Below are positions 9,692 through 17,412 of a stretch of 24,000 nt of DNA, piece after piece. Positions within the stretch are counted from its first letter, which is position 1. Every line of letters begins with the position of its first letter. The stretch spans positions 6,340-30,339 of the forward strand of contig QHPX01000082.1 of NCBI GenBank assembly GCA_003219195.1, given 5' to 3'. The position numbers were made by a program, and so were the translations under genes. Under the pieces are notes generated by a model. It saw only the letters and a list, made by a program, of their open reading frames with translations. It ran no database searches and was not told the origin of the DNA. The stretch comes from Verrucomicrobiota bacterium. GTDB taxonomy: Bacteria; Verrucomicrobiota; Verrucomicrobiia; Chthoniobacterales; UBA10450.

Positions 9692-9768
9692 TCGCTCTTT
9701 TGCTTCTTCTGTAGCTCGGCGTTGGACCTTGAACGTTGGGCGTTGGACGTTTTCTGTTTTTTCTTTCC

Positions 9769-9862
9769 GGAGAGTGAAGGGTGCCTGGTGGCCCTCGCGG
9801 TCTTCAAAACCGTCGCCGCCGCGCAAGCGGCGAGATAGGTTCGATTCCTGTCCTCTCCGCCA
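9769..9862 (+). tRNA. selC: tRNA-Sec (selC), anticodon UCA at 9804-9806, CCA encoded
   Basis: GGAGAGTGAAGGGTGCCTGGTGGCCCTCGCGGTCTTCAAAACCGTCGCCGCCGCGCAAGCGGCGAGATAGGTTCGATTCCTGTCCTCTCCGCCA. Anticodon loop is CTTCAAA with a 5-bp stem. Extra-long variable arm is CGCCGC-CGCGCAA-GCGGCG. T-arm is ATAGG-TTCGATT-CCTGT. Discriminator G plus CCA. It lies directly upstream of selD. Confidence 0.95.
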
Positions 9863-9936
9863 ATTCCATATTTTAGATCGCGTTGTAGCTGCCGCCGTCA
9901 CCGCGGCAGACCCATTTTGGAGAGGGGGTGAGTCGG

Positions 9937-10989
9937 ATGTCGCGCGACCAAATTCGTAAACTAACGTCGCTCTCCTCCTGCGCGGGGTGAGCTTCCAAGT
10001 TGAGCCAACAGGCCCTGACGCAAGTTTTGCGTCAGCTTCCAATTTCCACGAACGCGAAAGTGCTCGTCAATTCGTACACGTTCGATGACGCCGGCGTTTA
10101 TCGTTTGGATCGACATCGTGCGCTCGTGCAAACGGTCGATTTCTTCACGCCGATTGTGGACGATCCATTTGCTTACGGCCAAATCGCCGCCGCCAATGCG
10201 CTCTCCGATGTTTTTGCCATGGGGGGCCGGCCGCTCACGGCCTTGAACATCATGGGATTTCCCGCTGATTTGGTTCCGTCGAAGACAATTACGTCGATTT
10301 TGCGCGGCGGTTATGAGAAAGCGGCCGAAGTTAGCTGCGCAATCGTCGGCGGACACACCATTCGCAATCCGGAACCAATTTACGGTCTTGCGGTCACGGG
10401 CATTGTTGACCTTCGACACATGATGACGAACGCAAAGGCGCGGCCCGGCGATTTGCTTGTCCTGACAAAACCGCTCGGCACCGGCATCGCCACAACTGCG
10501 CTCAAACGCGGCCTTTGCTCGCGCGAGGTCGAGCGAAAAGTCATTTCATTAATGTCGAGAATAAATTCGGTTGGCGCCAAGCTCGCCGAAAAGAAACTCG
10601 TGCGCGCGGCAATCGACGTCACTGGTTTCGGATTGCTCGGTCACCTTGCGTCGATGTGCCGAGCCAGCGAAATGAGCGCTGAAGTTTTGAGCGACCGGGT
10701 TCCGGCAATCGACGATGAGATATTTGAATTGATCGCGCGTGACTGCATTCCCGGCGGCAGCCGCGACAACCTGAAAAGCGCGAACAGCATTGTCGACTGG
10801 CAAAAAACGCCGCAGCCGCAACGAATTTTGCTCACTGATGCACAAACGAGCGGCGGTTTGCTTCTCGCTGTTGCGCCGAGCCGTCTCAACAAAGTGCTCG
10901 CGCTGCTCAAACGGAATCGCACAACATGCGCCGCCATCATCGGGAAAATTGTTCCAGCGCGCGAACCGCTCCTATGCATAAAGAAGTAA
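9937..10989 (+). CDS. selD: Selenide, water dikinase (selenophosphate synthetase) containing Sec at the catalytic position (TGA 9988-9990)
   Basis: ATG 9937 in the same frame as the listed ORF (which starts at TTG 10000): MSRDQIRKLTSLSSCAGUASKLSQQALTQVLRQLP...VNSYTFDDAGVYR...VDFFTPIVDDPFAYGQIAAANALSDVFAMGG. LTxxxxxAGUxxK aligns with E. coli SelD LTQYSHGAGCGCK, so Sec replaces Cys17. Purine-rich gagaggggg lies upstream. An alternative start is GTG 9928. Confidence 0.95.
10015..10035 (+). promoter_or_regulatory. Candidate bacterial SECIS element for selD
   Basis: CTGACGCA-AGTTT-TGCGTCAG: perfect 8-bp stem (9 bp if an A-T pair closes over a GTT loop). The apical loop begins 33 nt after the last base of the TGA. 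Confidence 0.72.
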
Positions 10990-12344
10990 CTGCTTCGCGC
11001 CGCGCCATTCCCTCAGTCACGAAGGTGCTCGATTCGCTAGGCAAAATCGATTTAGCCCGGCCGTTGATTGTCGATCGTGTCCGACGAGAACTTTCGAGAA
11101 TCCGCGCCTCGGGCAAGATTCCTGAATTTCGATCGATTGTCGATCTTGTGCGCATTTCGCTCGAGGAGCTTCGTGCCAGCCGGCTGCAACCGGTCATTAA
11201 CGGAACTGGGATCGTCATTCACACAAACGTTGGCCGCGCCCCGCTCGCTTCAGCGGCAGTCCATGCGCTCAGCGAAGTTGGCTCGGCCTACTCCAATCTC
11301 GAGTACGATCTGATGACGGGTGGCCGAGGACACCGCGGCGCTTACATCGAGACCGCGCTCGCGCTGCTTTGCGGCGCGGAATCGGCCACGGTCGTGAACA
11401 ACTGCGCCGCCGCGCTGGTGCTGATCGTTCAACATTTTACCAGGACCAAGCCGGAAGTCGTCATCTCGCGCGGTGAACTTGTCCAAATCGGCGGTGAATT
11501 TCGCATCGGCGAAATCCTCGAGGCGACCGGCGTGAAGTTGCGAGAGGTCGGAGCGACAAACAAAACAGCGCTCGCCGATTACTCGCGAGCAATTGGTCCA
11601 CAGACCGGAATAATCTTGAAAGTTCATCGCAGTAATTTTTTCATGAGCGGTTTTGTCGAATCGCCTTCTTCGACGGCAATCGCCAGGCTCGCCCGAAAAA
11701 AGCGCGTTCCCTTTGCTGAGGATTTGGGCAGCGGCGCGATCGTTGCGACGGAACAATTTGGAATACCAGAGCATGAGCCGACGCCGGTTGAGGCGCTGGA
11801 AGATGGCGCCGATCTTGTTTGCTTCAGCGGCGATAAGTTGTTCGGCGGACCGCAAGCGGGGATTATCGCCGGGAAAAAGCGGTTCATCGCCGCCCTGAAG
11901 CGCGAGCCGCTATTTCGCGCGTTGCGCTGCGACAAACTGATTCTCACGGCGCTGCAATCGACTGTCGATTTTCACCTCACTGATTCGACGTCCGAAATCC
12001 CGGCAATCGCGTTCTTGCGGATTTCCAAAGACGAATTGCGCGCACGCGCCGCGGCGATCCTTGCCCGGCTTCGCGGATTACCGCTGCAAATCGCGATTGG
12101 GCGCGGCACCGTTAAAGTCGGCGGCGGCACACTGCCGAGGTCAGTGATGTCGTCAATCACGATCGATATTTTTCCGGAGAGTTGTTCTGTCCAGGATTTC
12201 GCGAGCACTCTTCGTCAATCGGTTCCACCGGTCATCGGTTACGTCGCGAATGAGCGGTTCAAGCTCGATCTGCGCACGATCTTTCCGCAACAGGACGACG
12301 CTGTCGTTGACGCGATTCGAACCGCCTGCGCAGCGACTCACTAA
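10974..12344 (+). CDS. selA: L-seryl-tRNA(Sec) selenium transferase
   Basis: Start ATG 10974 overlaps the selD 3' end. Family motifs: LQPVINGTGIVIHTNVGRAPL, NLEYDLMTGGRGHRG, ESATVVNNCAAALVL, VISRGELVQIGGEFRIGEIL, and the PLP-lysine region CFSGDKLFGGPQAGIIAGKK. Confidence 0.96.
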   Translation: MHKEVTASRRAIPSVTKVLDSLGKIDLARPLIVDRVRRELSRIRASGKIPEFRSIVDLVRISLEELRASRLQPVINGTGIVIHTNVGRAPLASAAVHALSEVGSAYSNLEYDLMTGGRGHRGAYIETALALLCGAESATVVNNCAAALVLIVQHFTRTKPEVVISRGELVQIGGEFRIGEILEATGVKLREVGATNKTALADYSRAIGPQTGIILKVHRSNFFMSGFVESPSSTAIARLARKKRVPFAEDLGSGAIVATEQFGIPEHEPTPVEALEDGADLVCFSGDKLFGGPQAGIIAGKKRFIAALKREPLFRALRCDKLILTALQSTVDFHLTDSTSEIPAIAFLRISKDELRARAAAILARLRGLPLQIAIGRGTVKVGGGTLPRSVMSSITIDIFPESCSVQDFASTLRQSVPPVIGYVANERFKLDLRTIFPQQDDAVVDAIRTACAATH

Positions 12345-12355
12345 TTCTCGTCCAG

Positions 12356-14281
12356 ATGACGGAAAAACATTTCATTCTCGCAACCGCCGGCCATGTCGAT
12401 CATGGCAAGAGCGCGCTGGTCAAAGCGCTTACTGGAATTGATCCCGATCGCCTGCCGGAGGAAAAGGCACGGGGCATCAGCATCGAACTCGGGTTCGCGC
12501 AATTGATTCTCCCCGGGCCTGACGAGCAGCGGTACCACGTAGGAATTGTCGATGTACCTGGTCACGAAGATTTCGTCCGAAACATGATTGGGGGCGTTGG
12601 CTCGATCGATCTCGCACTTCTGGTTATTGCAGCCGACGACGGTTGGATGCCGCAGACAGAAGAGCACCTCCAAATTCTGATTTATCTCGGTGTGAAACGC
12701 GCGCTGATCGCGCTGACAAAGAGCGATCTGGGTAAGATCGACAATATCGCTGGGCAAATCCGCCACCGGCTACGCGACACTCCGGTTACAAGTTCACACA
12801 TCATTCCGACTTCCGTTCGCACCGGCGAAGGAATCGAAAATTTAAAACGCGCGCTTGCCCTGGAGTTCGCAACTCTGCCACCGCAACGCGATATCGGGAA
12901 AGCGCGCCTGTTTGTCGATCGCGCGTTTACGTTGCGCGGCATCGGCACGGTCGTGACCGGCACATTAACGGGTGGAAAACTCCGACGAGGCCAGAATGTT
13001 ATCGTCCAACCGCAAAATGTTTCCTCGCGTATCCGCTCGATTCAAAGTCACGGACGCGATCTGGAATCCGCCGAGCCCGGGATGCGCACTGCGGTCAATT
13101 TACCCGATGTCGAACTTGGAACCGGCCCGGCGGCGATCAAGCGCGGCGACGTGGTCACGATTGTCGATCTTGTTGCGCCCAGCGCGACCTTTGATGTTCT
13201 GCTCGAAAAATCGCCGCGCCTGAATCGAAGCGACCCGGCGGCGCGTCCGCTGAGAAATGGAACCTCGATTTACGTTCACCACGGCACCGCGCGCGTTTCG
13301 GCGAAGGTTGCGTTCCTTGAAGAAGAAACGTTGGCCTGCGGCGAAAGCTTGCTCGCGCGTTTGCGACTGAAGTCGCCCATCCTCGCCCTGCTCGGTGATC
13401 GGTTTGTTATTCGCGACTCATCAGAGCAGCATACGATCGCTGGCGGGATCATGCTGGATCCAGATGCTGATCGATCGAATTTTCAAAGCGCAGGCCAAAA
13501 GCGGCTTTTAAAACAGCGCGCGACTGCGCCGCACGATGTCGATCTTTGCCTGCAATCGGAACTTGCTCGCAGCGGCATCGCGGAAAGCAAGACGTTGCTG
13601 CGCAAATCGCACTTCAGCCAGGCTGAAATCACGTCTGCTTTGCTTCGGTTACAAGGTCGAGGCGCAATTATCTTGCGTAGCGAAATTGCCGCCGCTGCCG
13701 GCAAGTGGCTTGAGCTCGTACACCGCGCAAGTGAACTGATCGACACAACGCACAAAAAACATCCGGAAAAGCGCGGCCTTGAGCTTGCTGAGTTGCGCGC
13801 GGCATTGCCCGATCAATCAGCTGACGCTTTCGACGCGCTCCTTTCGGATTTGTGCGCAAACAGTTTTGTTCGAGCCGGCACGTCAATCGCACGCGCATCG
13901 CACCGTGCCGCATTGCCGCCGCAGATTCAGCCGGCCGCGGAGAAGATTCGAACCGCACTCTCGGCAAAGCCTTTCGATCCACCCGCGCGCAAACAAATCG
14001 CGCAAGATCGACATCTACAGCAGGCGCTCCGATTTTTGATCGAACAAGGCGAAGTCGTCGAAATCGGTGCTGACGTGGTCTTGTCGCGAGAAGCGTTCAC
14101 CCAAATGAAGGAAGCGGTCACGGCGTTCATTTCAAAAAACGATTCCGCCATCGTGGGCGAACTCCGCCATGAACTTCAGACATCGCGCCGAGTCATTGTC
14201 CCCTTGCTTGAGCGGCTCGATCGCGAACGCATCACCCGCCGCACTGGAGATCGACGAACGTTGGTCGCGATGAAATTGTAG
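12356..14281 (+). CDS. selB: Selenocysteine-specific translation elongation factor SelB
   Basis: GTPase motifs [58 protein letters not shown]. The long C-terminal extension is consistent with winged-helix SECIS-binding domains. It lies immediately downstream of selA. Confidence 0.96.
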   Translation: MTEKHFILATAGHVDHGKSALVKALTGIDPDRLPEEKARGISIELGFAQLILPGPDEQRYHVGIVDVPGHEDFVRNMIGGVGSIDLALLVIAADDGWMPQTEEHLQILIYLGVKRALIALTKSDLGKIDNIAGQIRHRLRDTPVTSSHIIPTSVRTGEGIENLKRALALEFATLPPQRDIGKARLFVDRAFTLRGIGTVVTGTLTGGKLRRGQNVIVQPQNVSSRIRSIQSHGRDLESAEPGMRTAVNLPDVELGTGPAAIKRGDVVTIVDLVAPSATFDVLLEKSPRLNRSDPAARPLRNGTSIYVHHGTARVSAKVAFLEEETLACGESLLARLRLKSPILALLGDRFVIRDSSEQHTIAGGIMLDPDADRSNFQSAGQKRLLKQRATAPHDVDLCLQSELARSGIAESKTLLRKSHFSQAEITSALLRLQGRGAIILRSEIAAAAGKWLELVHRASELIDTTHKKHPEKRGLELAELRAALPDQSADAFDALLSDLCANSFVRAGTSIARASHRAALPPQIQPAAEKIRTALSAKPFDPPARKQIAQDRHLQQALRFLIEQGEVVEIGADVVLSREAFTQMKEAVTAFISKNDSAIVGELRHELQTSRRVIVPLLERLDRERITRRTGDRRTLVAMKL

Positions 14282-14310
14282 CGACTGCGAACATCGGGCT
14301 AGATTAGCCG

Positions 14311-17300
14311 ATGGTTCAGAGAAGCGCCAACGAGCGACAAAATGTGCGACATGTGACGCTTCATATTGGCGCCTCGTTTGAGGCCGCTTGGGAGAGCGTG
14401 CTCCAGCCGTGGTTTGAGTCTGTGTCTCAGATCGCTTGCGCCATCGCTAAGCCGGCGGTCGTTGTTTTGCCTTACCAGTCTCGCACCCAATTCTTCCGCT
14501 ATCGCCTCCTGGAGGCAGGCATCCCGCTCCTGGGAGTAAAATTCGTTGCTCCGTTGCAACTGCGGGAAATTCTCCTCCATCCGGCGGGAGTTAAATTGCC
14601 GCTCCGCGAGCACCTTCGTCTTCTGCTTTCCTTCGCAGCGGAGCAAGTCATCGCAGCGAACTCCGAAAATGAAGCCATCGACGCGACTATTGCCGCCGCA
14701 AAAACCGTCTGGCGCGCGCCCGATCATCTGCTTCGTACAATCGACCGGCTAAACGCTGCCGGCTGGTCTTTCGATGAGATCGGGCCACCGGCATTTCAAA
14801 AAGTTCTCTCTCGCTTTCGGACTCTGATTAAGAAGTGCGGCTTCACCTCTATTCACGAAGCCGACCGTCTTGCCCTGGCCCGGGCTGAGAACGCAGAGAA
14901 AATTTTTAGCAATTTGCTGGTTGCGGGATTCGACGGAGCCCACTGGCCGCTTTGGCCAATGCTCTCGGCCGCGACAAAAGCATCAGCCAAGGCCACAGTC
15001 GTTCTGACCGACCCTCGCGATGAAGCCCGTGATCTCGATGAATGTTGGATCGGAACCTGGGAACAAACATTTGCCGCTGCTCTACCAATCGAGCCGCCGA
15101 CCCGCGTGGCAAGAATATCTTCTCGCCAAATTTCCGGCGCTGCCGATCAAAAAAGTCAGCTCGAGCTTTTTGCGGATAAACTTGGCCGGCCAGTTCATTT
15201 TCTTCTGGGCCGCGAAACAACTGAAGAAGCTCGCGCTATTTCTACTCTTGTTTTGAAATTCCTCACCGAGCCTTCCGCTCGTCGCATTGGTGTTTTGTTT
15301 CCCTCCGCCGGCGCACTTGCCCGATCGGTCGCAGCGCTTCTCAGCGAACTCGAGATTCCGCACTACGATTCGATCGCTCATCTGATAGCGCCCACAATAG
15401 ATGATCTTGCCTGGCAAGCCTGGCTGCAGTTGCAGGAAAACAACCGGCTTAATCCTCTCCTCCACTTTCTATCGACCTTTGAAAACAACGCACGCCTGCT
15501 CGGCGACGTGACGCTGGAGCAAGTCGAGAATATTTTACGCCGCGCTTATCGACAAATCCTGATCGATGACATCGCGGTGCTGCGCGAATATTGCGCGCAT
15601 CACTCGACCGAGGAGGCTGCACCAGCAGCTGCAGTTCGCATGGCCGGCGTGAGATTTTTACCGGCAGCCGCGACTTTCCCGGAATTCATCAGGCAAACTT
15701 CCGAAATCTTCGCCGAACTGGGCTGGGAAAACCGGAAGATTGAATTGGAAAGATTGAGTAAGGATTGGAGCGAAACTATCGACGGCTCCTTTTCGCGCCA
15801 GAGTTACCTGCGGTGGCTACGTGAGATTCTCAGCAAACCGACGCGATCACGCGACCGATGCGGCGATCATCCCTACAGCCGCGTCCATTTGCTTTCGTTT
15901 AGAGAAGCCGAAGGGCAGGAGTGGTCGCATCTCATCCTCGCCGGGCTGAACGAAGGCGCGTGGCCGCGATCGGACAACGAATCGGATTTTGTTCGCGACG
16001 AAGAGATCGATGCTCTCAATCGCCGGATCAAAGTCTTGAACCGGCGCGCGATCGTGCAAGGCCGCCACGGAGAAGGACAGTGGAGCGTTAAGGAGGGAAA
16101 AACGTTGTGCCTCGGTTCGATCGAGCGGCAGCAGATCGCCCTCCGGCAGATGGCTAACTTGATGGAATCAGCGGAACAAGGGTTGGCAATCAGCGCGGCC
16201 TTGTTCACCGAATCATCTCCGCGGCGCATCGCCAATCCGAGCGAGTTTTTTTCCGGTCTGTATTTCAATCTCCATGGCAAGGCGCTTTCCCAACCCACGC
16301 TCGAAGCGATGGAGAAACAGACACATGAATGGGTGGAACAATCCGGCTTGCTTGTCAGAAAAGCGCGAGATGAAGCAGCCGTTGCGCAAACGCGAATTGC
16401 CTATAATGAGCGGCGCGCCGAAAAAAAAGCTGGTGAGTTCGAATTTGCCCTTCGGGCGCCGCTGATCGAGCCAATCTCACTTTCCGTATCGGAGTTCGAA
16501 CGATTATTCAAATCGCCGGCGCTCATCTGGATGAAGTCCTTTCTCGGCGTTGAGGCGGACGATCTCGATCTCGAGCAATGGAACCTAGCCGTTGGCATTT
16601 GGGTGCATGAATGGCTACGCGAGATTGTTGATCGCCCTTCCGCCCAAAGTTTCGGAAAACTTGGTTCCGATGCGCGAGAGCGCGTCCAGCGCGCGGCCAC
16701 GACGTTTCGTGACGAGATCGCAACAATGTTGAAACGATGCGGTCGCGCCGTGCCGGATTGGTGGAGCTCGACCTGGCACAATGCCTTTTACATATCGAAT
16801 TGTTTCGCTGGACATGTCGCCGCGACCAAGGAATGGCCCTATGCGGCGACGGAATGGTCGCTCCGCGCTTTGCCTGCAATTCAGATAAACGGCGCCGATG
16901 GACTCAAACTGCGCGGTCGCATCGACCTGATTCTGGCCAAGGAAAATCCAACTACCAACAAATTTACTGAGGAAGATCTCTGGGTGGTCGATTACAAAAC
17001 CGGAAAACGCAAAAACCTTCGCTCATCGCAGTGGCGGTTAGAGGACGACATTCGAAACGGAGTCCTCAAACAACTGCTCAAGGGCGAAGGCGTGCAAGTC
17101 GGCTTGTATGCTTTAGCGCTGGGTCAACTTGGAGCCAAAAACGTCGGGATCAGTTTGTTGGCGCGAGGTCTCGATCTTTCCGCGCCGCAGTTGATGCTGC
17201 CGCAGATCACGTGTCACGATCAGGTCTGGCGCGAACTGTCCGGCATGGAGAAGAGCGGTGTCTTCGGAATGCGTGGAGCGATTCGCTCTGAGTTTAATTT

Positions 17301-17412
17301 CACCGACGCATATCCATTGGCTACTCTGGCGGTCGATTACGACATCCTTGAAACAAAATGGACGTTGACACATCCGGCCTTTGCGACCGAATCGCCGGAG
17401 GAGGAACCATGA
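14311..17412 (+). CDS. PD-(D/E)XK nuclease / AddB-RexB-like helicase-exonuclease subunit
   Basis: 1033-aa ORF with UvrD-C-like segments (VHLLSFREAEGQEWSHLILAGLNEGAWP, followed by FVRDEEIDALNRR). C-terminal nuclease signature is LRGRIDLILAK...LWVVDYKTGKRK. Translationally coupled (ATGA) to the AddA-like gene. Start uncertain; an in-frame GTG lies slightly downstream. Confidence 0.82.
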   Translation: MVQRSANERQNVRHVTLHIGASFEAAWESVLQPWFESVSQIACAIAKPAVVVLPYQSRTQFFRYRLLEAGIPLLGVKFVAPLQLREILLHPAGVKLPLREHLRLLLSFAAEQVIAANSENEAIDATIAAAKTVWRAPDHLLRTIDRLNAAGWSFDEIGPPAFQKVLSRFRTLIKKCGFTSIHEADRLALARAENAEKIFSNLLVAGFDGAHWPLWPMLSAATKASAKATVVLTDPRDEARDLDECWIGTWEQTFAAALPIEPPTRVARISSRQISGAADQKSQLELFADKLGRPVHFLLGRETTEEARAISTLVLKFLTEPSARRIGVLFPSAGALARSVAALLSELEIPHYDSIAHLIAPTIDDLAWQAWLQLQENNRLNPLLHFLSTFENNARLLGDVTLEQVENILRRAYRQILIDDIAVLREYCAHHSTEEAAPAAAVRMAGVRFLPAAATFPEFIRQTSEIFAELGWENRKIELERLSKDWSETIDGSFSRQSYLRWLREILSKPTRSRDRCGDHPYSRVHLLSFREAEGQEWSHLILAGLNEGAWPRSDNESDFVRDEEIDALNRRIKVLNRRAIVQGRHGEGQWSVKEGKTLCLGSIERQQIALRQMANLMESAEQGLAISAALFTESSPRRIANPSEFFSGLYFNLHGKALSQPTLEAMEKQTHEWVEQSGLLVRKARDEAAVAQTRIAYNERRAEKKAGEFEFALRAPLIEPISLSVSEFERLFKSPALIWMKSFLGVEADDLDLEQWNLAVGIWVHEWLREIVDRPSAQSFGKLGSDARERVQRAATTFRDEIATMLKRCGRAVPDWWSSTWHNAFYISNCFAGHVAATKEWPYAATEWSLRALPAIQINGADGLKLRGRIDLILAKENPTTNKFTEEDLWVVDYKTGKRKNLRSSQWRLEDDIRNGVLKQLLKGEGVQVGLYALALGQLGAKNVGISLLARGLDLSAPQLMLPQITCHDQVWRELSGMEKSGVFGMRGAIRSEFNFTDAYPLATLAVDYDILETKWTLTHPAFATESPEEEP

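Noticed and set aside
9490-9714. Listed + strand 74-aa ORF MKLHTQGRQFGGQNSRTRRAYQ...
   Set aside because: Out of frame with the SelW-like selenoprotein, no SD, arginine/serine-rich composition typical of a shadow ORF. The selenoprotein frame explains the region far better.
9961-10419. Minus-strand ORF of 152 aa opposite the selD 5' end
   Set aside because: Antisense shadow of selD with no recognisable family. Its span also crosses the selD TGA and SECIS candidate.
11250-11855. Minus-strand ORF of 201 aa within selA
   Set aside because: Antisense shadow in GC-rich coding DNA; selA motifs on the + strand are unambiguous.
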